From a virus (lineage: Duplodnaviria; Heunggongvirae; Uroviricota; Caudoviricetes): a stretch of DNA of 52,997 bases. Each line of letters opens with the position of its first letter. Position 1 is the first letter of the stretch. The notes beneath the pieces were generated by a model. It was not told the DNA's origin, searched no databases, and saw only the letters and a program-made list of their open reading frames with translations. Where the stretch lies: the IMG/VR virus record IMGVR_UViG_2585427779_000013, positions 1 to 52,997 of that record; one strand, written 5' to 3'. Positions 43,205 through 52,730 of this stretch are shown here, piece after piece. Both the position numbers and the translations under genes were made by a program.

Positions 43205-43453
43205 TCATAACGCCCCCTTCAAATATGTCAATCCCTTATCAGTGACGAATGAATGATTAACCTTGTTTTCATCCGTCATGATGATGAATAACTTTTCCTG
43301 CAAGTATTTTGCTTTCGGGTACAGCGTTAAGCAGACCTGGTATAAAATCCCGCGCTCAATCAGCAAATCAATAAATTCGTGTTCATGATAACCGACGAGG
43401 CGGGCGGCCTGTTTCAACGTGTACACATAATCACCGTGATTGCGCCGCCCCAT
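43205..43453 (-). CDS. moron protein with HTH-like segment (82 aa)
   Basis: TLKQAARLVGYHEHEFIDLLIERGIL resembles a DNA-binding helix-turn-helix. Confidence 0.45.
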   Translation of the reverse strand: MGRRNHGDYVYTLKQAARLVGYHEHEFIDLLIERGILYQVCLTLYPKAKYLQEKLFIIMTDENKVNHSFVTDKGLTYLKGAL

Positions 43454-43462
43454 GTTGTCGCC

Positions 43463-43810
43463 TTATTTATCGAACGCAGACAAATTGTCGATACAGAAAT
43501 CTTTTGCCGCTTTTTCGTATTCGCGTTTTGCTTGCGGATCGTCTGCCGGGAAACCTTTTGCGTGTATTTCACCAGGGCAAGACTGATCCATAGAATCAGC
43601 AAATTCAACATTGACGTTAAAGTTAATATCTTTCGGATTCATGTTTTCCACCTCATCAATTATCTGCACCGGATTAGCGGCATATTTCACTGGATGGCCT
43701 AAACTACATTCAAGAATCCTGCCTTCTTCCAGGGCTGCCTCTTCGCTATCAAATAATCCGAAACACTCCTTGCAACCACTTAACCACACATCAAGACTAT
43801 ATTTTTGCAT
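43463..43810 (-). CDS. moron protein (115 aa)
   Basis: Reverse-strand ORF, several Cys residues. Confidence 0.45.
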   Translation of the reverse strand: MQKYSLDVWLSGCKECFGLFDSEEAALEEGRILECSLGHPVKYAANPVQIIDEVENMNPKDINFNVNVEFADSMDQSCPGEIHAKGFPADDPQAKREYEKAAKDFCIDNLSAFDK

Positions 43811-43822
43811 TTCGTTAACCTC

Positions 43823-43978
43823 TCATTTGACAGGTTCGATTCTGTACCCCAAAACGCGTTCGTCTTCAGCGAGTAATAGCGCGTCAGTCAGTGCCTCGCC
43901 TTCGTCTTTATACAGAGCTACAGTCATTTCCCTGCCACCTGACAGGAATACCTTCAACCTCCACACCTTATCAGCCAT
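43823..43978 (-). CDS. moron small protein (51 aa)
   Basis: ATG 43978 with GGAGG RBS; in-frame upstream ATG at 43996 sits in motif CCATTTTGTTAA. Confidence 0.4.
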   Translation of the reverse strand: MADKVWRLKVFLSGGREMTVALYKDEGEALTDALLLAEDERVLGYRIEPVK

Positions 43979-44107
43979 CTCACACCTCCGCGCCATTTTG
44001 TTAACTGTGCTTCCGTTTGAGTAAAATATACATATTGTATAAACCGCGATCAATCCATTTTGGTATGATTTAGCGTGACGCAGATCACAAAATCAGAAGG
44101 TGAGAAA

Positions 44108-44812
44108 ATGCGCAATATACCTACAGAGATGATTATTGATTCCGTGGACGCTGGTGTGGGCGCGGTGATTGACTTGTTCGAACTGGACTTGTCGCCCCTG
44201 GGTGGCGAGGTTATCCGCTTCCATTCCGGCGCGAATGGCTATTACGGCCCGGTTATCTGGAAGGGATTAACTTACAACAGCTACCCGATCGAGGCTACTG
44301 GCTTCGAAATGAAAAACGAGGGCGTTTATTCGCGGCCTCAAATGGTTGTAGCTAATATCGGCGGGCTAATCACAGGGATGAATAACGACTTCAACGACCT
44401 GCGAGGAATGAAGGTTACGCGCCGCCAGGTGGAAGTAAAATACCTGGACGCCGTTAACTTCCCAAACGGCAATCCAGACGCAGATCCATCTATTGAGGCT
44501 GTATCTTTTTACGTCGTGGAGGCCATGAGCGAGGAAACAGCGGATCAGGTGCAATATGAGCTGTCAACGCCAATTGATGCTGATAAGGCCGTTATCCCTG
44601 GGCGCACCATCCTTGCTGACGTTTGCCAGTGGCAATACAGAGGCGACGGGTGTATGTACGCTGGCGGACCAGTAGCAAACGATAAAGACGAGCCGACAAG
44701 CGATCCTAAAGCCGACAGATGCAGCCACCGTCTAAGCGGTTGTCGTTTGCGTTTCCCGCGTCCAAATCCGTTACCGATTTCCTGTTTCCCTGGTTCCAGC
44801 AAGGTAGGTTAA
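44108..44812 (+). CDS. minor tail protein L (lambda gpL-like)
   Basis: 234 aa; C-terminal Cys cluster (CSHRLSGCRLRF) as in gpL; AGAAGGTGAG RBS. Confidence 0.7.
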   Translation: MRNIPTEMIIDSVDAGVGAVIDLFELDLSPLGGEVIRFHSGANGYYGPVIWKGLTYNSYPIEATGFEMKNEGVYSRPQMVVANIGGLITGMNNDFNDLRGMKVTRRQVEVKYLDAVNFPNGNPDADPSIEAVSFYVVEAMSEETADQVQYELSTPIDADKAVIPGRTILADVCQWQYRGDGCMYAGGPVANDKDEPTSDPKADRCSHRLSGCRLRFPRPNPLPISCFPGSSKVG

Positions 44813-44814
44813 TC

Positions 44815-45546
44815 ATGGTAATGGAAGACAAAATGTTGCGTTATGCCGCCGCGCATCCGTTTGAAGAAGTTTGCGGACTGGTAATAGATAACGAATATTT
44901 TTACCCGTGCACTAACGTGTCTGAAACGCCCTACAACAGCTTCAAAATTTCGCCGGACGATTACATCAAAGCGGACGAATTGGGCGTTATAACCGCCGTT
45001 TTCCACTCCCACGTTGGTGATATTCCTGTATTGTCAGCGCGGGATCGACAGCAACAGGTTATTTCCGGGCTACCCTGGTTTTTATATTCCGGCGGCAAGA
45101 TCAGGAAATTCCGTCCGGTTGCGCACCTGCTAGGCCGTAAATTCGTACACGGAACGACAGACTGTTACGCGCTTTTCCGCGACGCATATCACCTTTGTGG
45201 CGTGGATCTGCCTGACTTTGAGCGCCACGATGGGTGGTGGCTGCGTGGTGAAAACCTGTACATAAAAAACCTGCCACTAAACGGGTTTTTCATGGTTGAT
45301 GCGCAAAGCATTCAGCCTGGTGACGTGATTATTCGCCAGCCGTTCAAGGGCGCTGCCCCATGCCACGCGATGATTTACCTGGGCGATAACACTGTTTTGC
45401 ATCATGACAATGCCGGACTGCTAAGCCGCCGCGAGCAAATGCGGCCCGCGTATGTTCGACAAACGCATTCAATATGGAGATCTGACAAATGCTCAAATTT
45501 AGATTTACGGGCAATCTTCGAAGATATTACGGCAAAGTGTGTTTAA
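44815..45546 (+). CDS. tail protein K (lambda gpK-like, MPN/JAB plus NlpC/P60-like)
   Basis: 243 aa; FHSHVGDIP (JAB-like His motif) and Cys/His NlpC-like motif; order after L. Confidence 0.7.
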   Translation: MVMEDKMLRYAAAHPFEEVCGLVIDNEYFYPCTNVSETPYNSFKISPDDYIKADELGVITAVFHSHVGDIPVLSARDRQQQVISGLPWFLYSGGKIRKFRPVAHLLGRKFVHGTTDCYALFRDAYHLCGVDLPDFERHDGWWLRGENLYIKNLPLNGFFMVDAQSIQPGDVIIRQPFKGAAPCHAMIYLGDNTVLHHDNAGLLSRREQMRPAYVRQTHSIWRSDKCSNLDLRAIFEDITAKCV

Positions 45547-46019
45547 ACGTTGATACGCCAGCGCAAGGACTTAGCCTATTGACCGCGCAGGATCAGGAGT
45601 TCAAGAAGGCTTTTTTAAATACACCTTTGCGCTTACGAATTGCCGGAAAAGATTATGACGAAAAGAACGCGCCCGCAGCAGTTAACAGTAAATACCCTGA
45701 CGGAACAACCATCATTATTGCCCCAGTAGTTGAAGGTGGTATTGCGGGGATTGGTGTTGTGGGTTGGATCTTGATTGGTGTTTCAGTGGTTAGCGTTGCG
45801 TTTTCAATCTTTATGTCTCGCAACATGAAGGTAAAAACATCATCAGAAAGCGCGCAGGATAACACCATAACTAATAACACTTACACCAGCATAGAAAACA
45901 GGGTAGGACAGGGTAGACCAGTGCCGATTCTACTTGGCGAAATGAAAGTAGGTTCAAACGTCGGATCGTTAGGCATAGACACAACAAACAATAAAGACGC
46001 CTTAGACGTTGTAAGTTAA
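45489..46019 (+). CDS. tail assembly protein I (lambda gpI-like)
   Basis: 176 aa; hydrophobic central helix; position between K and J. Confidence 0.65.
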   Translation: MLKFRFTGNLRRYYGKVCLNVDTPAQGLSLLTAQDQEFKKAFLNTPLRLRIAGKDYDEKNAPAAVNSKYPDGTTIIIAPVVEGGIAGIGVVGWILIGVSVVSVAFSIFMSRNMKVKTSSESAQDNTITNNTYTSIENRVGQGRPVPILLGEMKVGSNVGSLGIDTTNNKDALDVVS

Positions 46020-46033
46020 TAGGAGGATTAACC

Positions 46034-49000
46034 ATGAGTAGCGGCGGCGGTAAAGCAAAAACACCGACTTTAATTAATGATAATCTATACCATAAACAAT
46101 TTTATCGTGTACTGGATATTATTTCGGAAGGTCCTATTTATGGACCTGTAAATACAAAAGCACCATTAAATAGCGTGATGCTTAATGACACGCCTGTAAC
46201 TGACGCGAACGGCAATACAAGTGTCCCTGGTGTTAGCGTGGCGTGGCGTAACGGCACGTTAGATCAATCACCTATTAACGGTTTTAACGCCATTGAATCA
46301 ACCGTTATTGTTAACGCTCAGGTGAAACACGATACCCCAATAATCAGGACTGTATCAGATCCTAACGTTACGCGCGTTCGCCTGAATATCGGCGTCGATT
46401 CACTTGTACAATCTGACGAGCAAAGCAATCAACATAACACATCGGTTATGATGATGATTGATGTCAAGCCTTCATCTTCTTCTACGTGGACGCTTGTTAA
46501 AGACGTAACTATAGGCCCGGGTAAGATCAGCGGAGAATATCTTGAAGCGCATATTATCAATGCACCAGATGAAAAGCCGTTTGATATTCGCGTTCGCCGT
46601 GTAACGGCCGATAGCACAAGCGATCTATTGCAGAATGATACGAGATGGAGTAGTTACAGCGAAATAATCGACGATAATTTGTCATATCCCCACACAGCTG
46701 TAGCTGGCGCGGTTATTGATCATGATCAGTACACTGACACGCCTACCCGCACTTATCACCTGCGCGGGCTGATTGTTGACGTTCCTGATAACTATAACCC
46801 GGAAACGCGCACTTATTCCGGTTTGTGGCTTGGCGGCTTCAAGAAGGCGTACACCAATAACCCCGCGTGGATCTTCCGTTACCTGGTTAAAAACGAGCGT
46901 TTCGGTCTTGCCCGCCATGCTGGCTATATTGACGTTGACGACGGCGCATTATATACGCTCTCCCGATACTGCGACCAGTTGGTTGATGATGGTTACGGTG
47001 GCCTTGAGCCTCGCATGACGCTTAATGCTTACATTACAGAGCAAATGAGCGCCCGCGATTTACTGGACAATATCGCCGGGATGTTCCGAGGCATCGCGTT
47101 ATGGGACGGACAACGCCTTACCGTGATGATTGATGCGCCACAAGACCCGATCGCCACCATCACAAACGCAAACGTCGTTGATGGTGCGTTCACTCGTTCA
47201 AGTATCGCCCGAGCAGAATGCTACAACGCCGTGATTGTATCATGGACTGACCCGGAAAACGGCTGGGAGCAATCAAAAGAGTATGTGGCAGATGATGAGC
47301 TAATCGCCCGTGATGGTTATAACGAAACTACGTTGGAGGCGTTCGGGTGCACTTCACGCGGGCAAGCGCACCGCGCGGGTAAATGGCTGATAGAAACAGC
47401 AAAACGCGAGCCGTCAAAATTCACGTTTAAAATGGCCCGTGATGCGATTCACTTTACGCCAGGGGATATAATCGAGATCCTCGACAATAACCGCGCAGGC
47501 GCGCGTTTAGGCGGTCGTATCGTGGCGAACAATGGGAAAGTGATAACGGTCGATAAGGTCGATTCAGAATACATTGCAGCAGGCGACACCATCAGTTTAC
47601 TTGATGGCGATGGCAAATTTAAAAAACATCAGATCACTGGTGTTAACGGGAACAAAATCACACTGGCAGCAGCCCCGGCATGGATTCGGAACGGTACTGT
47701 TTTTGCTGTATCAACCGAATCTGCAAAACCCGTTTTATGTCGAATCATCAGCGTAGCAGAAACTGAAAACAACAGCGTGTACACCATCGAAGCCGCGCAA
47801 CATGACCCGAAAAAACAAGCAGTAGTCGATGAAGGAGCGATATTTGAAATCAACAACGACACGCTTAATCACTTCCGCGTGCCGAACATTGAAAATCTGA
47901 AGGTTGTAAACATTGGATCTGAAACGGTTCAATGCCGCGCAACATGGGAGACACAGACAACAACACATCGCATGACATTTGAGATCCGCATATATAACGC
48001 CGATGGTGCGGTGGTTAGAAGCTACGAAACAACGAAATACAGTTATGATTTTTATGGCATCGACTCTGGCGCGTATTCGTTAGGCGTTCGCGGAAGAAAT
48101 GACACTGGCATGAAGGGTGCAGAAAGCATAGTAGATCTTGTTATCGGTGCGCCAGCCTCGCCAATAGGCGTTAACTGGGTTCCAGGTGTATTTCAGGCTA
48201 CAGTGTACCCGATAAGCAAGACGACGCTAACAACTGATACAGCGTATGAATTCTACTATGCAGGTGAAAACCAGATTACGGATCCTGCAAAAATAACCAC
48301 GTCTGCGCAGTTTACCGGGCGCGGGTATCAGTGGACGTTTGGCGGCATGAATACAGGCCACACTTATTACGTTTATGTGCGCACGCGTAACGCTTTTGGC
48401 GTGTCTGACTTTGTGGAAGCATCAGGTAAGCCGACAGAAAATTTTGATGAAATTAGCGATTACGTCACCAAAGACGTGATGAATTCAGAACAATTTAAGG
48501 GAATGGTAAGTGATATTAAGGATCTTGGTGATCGCGCTGATATTATAGAAAGCGCAACCGCCGACCTTAAAACAGCTACAGACGGCCTTAAAGCTGATAC
48601 AGATACACTTAAAAAAGACACCGAAGACCTCTATAAAAAAGTCGAAGAAAACGCAGATGGAATAGGCAAACATGAGGTAAGAATAGACTCATTAGAGGTA
48701 TCAAACGAAAACGTTAACAATGAACTGGCACAGACAAAAGCAAGTCTACAAAACGCTTCTCTAGCCCTGATCAACAACTCACTTGCTCAAACTAACACGC
48801 GCGTTACTCTTACCGCTCAATATAAGAAAGGGCGCAACGAAACGAAAGCGCAGATTGACCGCATAGACAACGTTATCGCAGAGGAGAAAAAAGCGACAGC
48901 GGAATCACTGGAAACCATTACAGCAGAAATGAACGCAATGGACTCCAGCATCAAAGGGGAAATCGCCCGCGTTGACAAAGCAATCGCAACCGAAACGCAG

Positions 49001-50482
49001 GCAAGAAGCGACGCAATAACAGAGGTTAAAGCTGATTTAACCACGCTTGAAAATAGCACAAACGCCAGTGTTAGACGCCTTGATCAAGCTATCGCTGACG
49101 AATCAAGCGCGCGCGCCCAGGCAATATCAGGCATCAGTGCGGAGCTTGGTCTTGTTAAAAGTGATGTTGATAAAAACAGCGACAAGATAGAGCAGGCGAA
49201 AGCAAGTCTGCAAAACGCCTCGATTGCACTTATCAACAACTCAATAGCGCAAAGCAAGATGGGCACTGTTATTGAGGCGAAATACAGGAAAGGACAGACA
49301 AAAACAAAAGCGGAAATAGCAAGGATCGACACAGCAATAGCAGACGAAACACAGGCCCGCGCGGAGGCTATAGCATCACTTGAAGCCAATATTAATGAAA
49401 ACATTTCAGCAAAAATAACAGATATATCAACGGCGCTAGCTACTCACGAGGCATCAAGTGCTGAAAAATTTGTCAAAATATCGGCATCTTTCGACGATGT
49501 AAACTCAAGCATCACGGAATGGTCGCAGGCCATGTCAACGGCAGATGAGGCGTTATCGACAAAAATTGATCAACTGAAAGTGACCGTTAACGGAAACACA
49601 ACAGCGATCGAGACAACATCGAAAGCGTTAACCGATTTTAAAGGTAACGTTGATGCGTCATATTCAATCAAGATTGCCACTGATAACAACGGTATGAAAT
49701 ACGCAACAGGAATGTCACTTGGCCTAACTGGCAGCGGTACTGATGTTCAATCGCAGTGCATTTTCCTTGTTGACCGATTCGTGTTAATGACTGCCGCAAA
49801 CGGCACATATCAGACACCTTTCTATGTCACTAACGGCGCAATGTATGTGCGCGAAGCGTTTATTAAAGACGGTTCAATCGACAATGCAAAAATAGGCAAT
49901 GTCATAACGTCATACAATTGGAACGGTAGCGATCAAGGTTGGGCAATAGTTAAAGATGGCTGGGCTACATTTAACAACGTTACAGTACGCGGCACGGTAT
50001 ACGCTAATTCTGGTGTGTTTAACGGTGCTGTTTACGCGACTGACGGTAAATTCAGAGGCACTGTAGAAGCTACATCCTTTGTTGGTGACGTTGCGAGTAT
50101 GTCAGTAATTCCAGAGGCAACATTCCCTGCGCAATCAGGGTCAGGTAGCAGGAGTGTAACCAAAAATTATTGGGATTCATCATCATCCGCTTTATCGAAA
50201 ACGGTTTATGTAATGATACCTTATAACCTTGCTTACTATATATATAACCAGTCTGGACGCATTAACGTAACCATAAACATTAACGGAAATTCAAAGACTA
50301 TAGACATAGAAAGGGCGGCATCAACGCCCCACAAGTCAGACGTTGCCGTTCATTGTGTTTCAGGTATTACATCTCAGCATGTTTCCGTAACTGTTACAGA
50401 AAACTACACAAATACATCATCAGCGGCAATAAGGAGACCAGGCCTAGTCCTTGTCACAAGAAGCTCAGGATCGTGGTCATAA
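46034..50482 (+). CDS. host specificity / central tail fibre protein J
   Basis: 1482 aa; lambda J-like N-terminal region, fibronectin-III-like segment, internally duplicated coiled-coil region near C-terminus. Confidence 0.85.
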   Translation: MSSGGGKAKTPTLINDNLYHKQFYRVLDIISEGPIYGPVNTKAPLNSVMLNDTPVTDANGNTSVPGVSVAWRNGTLDQSPINGFNAIESTVIVNAQVKHDTPIIRTVSDPNVTRVRLNIGVDSLVQSDEQSNQHNTSVMMMIDVKPSSSSTWTLVKDVTIGPGKISGEYLEAHIINAPDEKPFDIRVRRVTADSTSDLLQNDTRWSSYSEIIDDNLSYPHTAVAGAVIDHDQYTDTPTRTYHLRGLIVDVPDNYNPETRTYSGLWLGGFKKAYTNNPAWIFRYLVKNERFGLARHAGYIDVDDGALYTLSRYCDQLVDDGYGGLEPRMTLNAYITEQMSARDLLDNIAGMFRGIALWDGQRLTVMIDAPQDPIATITNANVVDGAFTRSSIARAECYNAVIVSWTDPENGWEQSKEYVADDELIARDGYNETTLEAFGCTSRGQAHRAGKWLIETAKREPSKFTFKMARDAIHFTPGDIIEILDNNRAGARLGGRIVANNGKVITVDKVDSEYIAAGDTISLLDGDGKFKKHQITGVNGNKITLAAAPAWIRNGTVFAVSTESAKPVLCRIISVAETENNSVYTIEAAQHDPKKQAVVDEGAIFEINNDTLNHFRVPNIENLKVVNIGSETVQCRATWETQTTTHRMTFEIRIYNADGAVVRSYETTKYSYDFYGIDSGAYSLGVRGRNDTGMKGAESIVDLVIGAPASPIGVNWVPGVFQATVYPISKTTLTTDTAYEFYYAGENQITDPAKITTSAQFTGRGYQWTFGGMNTGHTYYVYVRTRNAFGVSDFVEASGKPTENFDEISDYVTKDVMNSEQFKGMVSDIKDLGDRADIIESATADLKTATDGLKADTDTLKKDTEDLYKKVEENADGIGKHEVRIDSLEVSNENVNNELAQTKASLQNASLALINNSLAQTNTRVTLTAQYKKGRNETKAQIDRIDNVIAEEKKATAESLETITAEMNAMDSSIKGEIARVDKAIATETQARSDAITEVKADLTTLENSTNASVRRLDQAIADESSARAQAISGISAELGLVKSDVDKNSDKIEQAKASLQNASIALINNSIAQSKMGTVIEAKYRKGQTKTKAEIARIDTAIADETQARAEAIASLEANINENISAKITDISTALATHEASSAEKFVKISASFDDVNSSITEWSQAMSTADEALSTKIDQLKVTVNGNTTAIETTSKALTDFKGNVDASYSIKIATDNNGMKYATGMSLGLTGSGTDVQSQCIFLVDRFVLMTAANGTYQTPFYVTNGAMYVREAFIKDGSIDNAKIGNVITSYNWNGSDQGWAIVKDGWATFNNVTVRGTVYANSGVFNGAVYATDGKFRGTVEATSFVGDVASMSVIPEATFPAQSGSGSRSVTKNYWDSSSSALSKTVYVMIPYNLAYYIYNQSGRINVTININGNSKTIDIERAASTPHKSDVAVHCVSGITSQHVSVTVTENYTNTSSAAIRRPGLVLVTRSSGSWS

Positions 50483-50515
50483 AAATAACCCCGCTTTGCG
50501 CGGGGTTTTCTTTTA
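50483..50515. terminator. bidirectional terminator after J
   Basis: AAAAATAA-CCCCGC-TTTGC-GCGGGG-TTTTCTTTT. Confidence 0.75.
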
Positions 50516-50761
50516 GTAGTTAGCTACACAATTCGACGGGCTACCGATGCGGCGCATATTGTGATCTAGTTCATGACACCATTGACCAGTATATGGAAGT
50601 TTTTCAGTGTCATAGACAAGATGACCATTAGCATCATAGACAATTTCTTGAGGAATTACTCCGCTATTTGGCAGGTTGTGCAATGCAGCATCTTTGTCAA
50701 CAGCACAACCAGTAAGAGCAACAGCCGCAGCGAATAATACCACTTTGAGCATGTTTTTCAT
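50513..50761 (-). CDS. small lipoprotein, candidate receptor-blocking superinfection exclusion protein (Cor/Llp-like)
   Basis: 82 aa; signal peptide with lipobox MKNMLKVVLFAAAVALTGC; reverse strand between J and tail fibre gene. Confidence 0.55.
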   Translation of the reverse strand: MKNMLKVVLFAAAVALTGCAVDKDAALHNLPNSGVIPQEIVYDANGHLVYDTEKLPYTGQWCHELDHNMRRIGSPSNCVANY

Positions 50762-50938
50762 TTTTGAATCCCCATTCTCGTTAGCTCGCCAGGTTCATCC
50801 GGTGGCTTAAATATCCGACAAAACAACATTTCGTATATTGATATAAATCAATAAATACATTTTGTATAAGCCAGAAATGTAACACAGATCACAAAATGGT
50901 AAAATTACCAGGTTAATTAACATAATGGAGTCATTGCG

Positions 50939-52720
50939 ATGATTTACACAACAGGCACGATAGCCGTTAGCGGAAAAACAGTTACCGGAACGGGGACTGA
51001 ATTCAATGCCGCATTATCTCTGATCAGGGTCGGTTGCACCCTTATTGCCATTAGCAATCCGGTGCAGATTTTCTCAATCACAGAGGTAAAAAGCGCAACA
51101 AGTTTATCAGTAACACCTGCGGCAAGTCCGAATATTCCTGCTGGAACTAAATTTAGTATCCTGCTTTCAGATTCGATCTCTGTGGATGGTCTTGCTCAGG
51201 ATGTTGCAGAAACACTGCGTTACTATCAGGGCAAGGAATCAGAAATAGCTGACGCCGTCGAATTTTTCAGCGACAACAAAGATGTGATTTCAGCCTCAAA
51301 ATTAGCGTCACAATCAGCTACCACTGCAACCAACGCTGCAACAACAGCGACAAGCGCCGCCGATTCAGCTAAGACATACAGAGACGAGGCCCACGAATAC
51401 GCTAATCAGACAGCGCAGCCTTACGCGTATGTTTTGCAGCCGCTGCCGGACGTATGGATACCGTTTAACGACTCTCTCGACATGATTACCGGGTTTTCCC
51501 CTTCCTATAAAAAGATTGTTATTGGTGAAGAAGAAACAACAGTACCAGGTGACAAGATCGTTAAATTTAAACGCGCGTCAAAAGCAACTTATATAAACAA
51601 ATCCGGTGTGTTTAAGGAAGCAGCCATTGACGAACCACGTTTTGAACGAGAAGGGCTGCTGATTGAAGGGACCAGAACTAACCACATTATAAACGGTAAC
51701 ACTCCATCAAGCTGGGGGAGATCGCCGTCAGTTACGACAACTGCAAACACGGATGCCTTCGGCTTCCTGTACGGTAAGTTCGTGATCGGGGACGATGATG
51801 TGGGAAAAACTACGGCGTTAAACATGGCTTCCGTAATTGCGGCTAACAGTCTTGATACGTCTGGTGACGAGAAATATGTAACGGCATCATGCCGATTCCG
51901 ATCCGACAAGGATGTACGTCTGCGCGTGCGTTTTGCAGAGGGTGCGGATCAGGATAGCATGACTTTCTCCGGCGACGCATACATTAAACTTAGCGACTTG
52001 TCAGTGTCTAAAACTGGTGGCGCTGCGGAACGTATCACGGTAGAAGTTGAGAGGGACGAGGTCACCGGATGGAATCGCGCGGTGGTGATGCTGCAATCCA
52101 CCACGGCATTGGTTAACGCACAGTTTCAGATCTCGCCAGTGAGTAGTTATGCTGCCGGGGATTATATCGAACTAACCACACCGCAAGTTGAGCTAGGTAT
52201 CGGGGCGTCCTCGTATATCATATCCAACACATCACCGACAACCAGGGCAAGTGATATAGCCACGGCTCCGATAAAGAACAACATTTATAATGCACCATTT
52301 ACTATTCTTTGTGAGGTGCATAAAAATTGGAACAAAACGCCGAGTTCAGCGCCGCGTGTTTTTGACACAGGAGGTCATCAGACTGGCGCGGCTATAATTC
52401 TTGCTTTTGGGTCGTCGGCAGAATACGACGGATTTCCTTATTGCGATATTGGCGGGGCAAACAGGCGCGTTAACGAAAACGCATCACTGCAAAAAATGAT
52501 TATCGGCATGAGGGTTAAAAGCACCTATGATACATGTTGTGTCAGTAACGGACGCATATCAAGCGAAACAAAAACAACATGGAGATATATATATAACGCA
52601 GCAATATTCCGTTTCGGCGGTCAAACAACATCAGGGGAGCGACATCTTTTTGGACATATTAGAAATTTCAGGGTATGGCACAAAGCATTAACCGATGCGC
52701 AATTGAGCGAGATTGTTTAA
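50939..52720 (+). CDS. tail fibre protein
   Basis: 593 aa; Ser/Thr/Ala-rich N-terminal region typical of fibre proteins; location after J. Confidence 0.6.
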   Translation: MIYTTGTIAVSGKTVTGTGTEFNAALSLIRVGCTLIAISNPVQIFSITEVKSATSLSVTPAASPNIPAGTKFSILLSDSISVDGLAQDVAETLRYYQGKESEIADAVEFFSDNKDVISASKLASQSATTATNAATTATSAADSAKTYRDEAHEYANQTAQPYAYVLQPLPDVWIPFNDSLDMITGFSPSYKKIVIGEEETTVPGDKIVKFKRASKATYINKSGVFKEAAIDEPRFEREGLLIEGTRTNHIINGNTPSSWGRSPSVTTTANTDAFGFLYGKFVIGDDDVGKTTALNMASVIAANSLDTSGDEKYVTASCRFRSDKDVRLRVRFAEGADQDSMTFSGDAYIKLSDLSVSKTGGAAERITVEVERDEVTGWNRAVVMLQSTTALVNAQFQISPVSSYAAGDYIELTTPQVELGIGASSYIISNTSPTTRASDIATAPIKNNIYNAPFTILCEVHKNWNKTPSSAPRVFDTGGHQTGAAIILAFGSSAEYDGFPYCDIGGANRRVNENASLQKMIIGMRVKSTYDTCCVSNGRISSETKTTWRYIYNAAIFRFGGQTTSGERHLFGHIRNFRVWHKALTDAQLSEIV

Positions 52721-52730
52721 GGTGGTGAAT

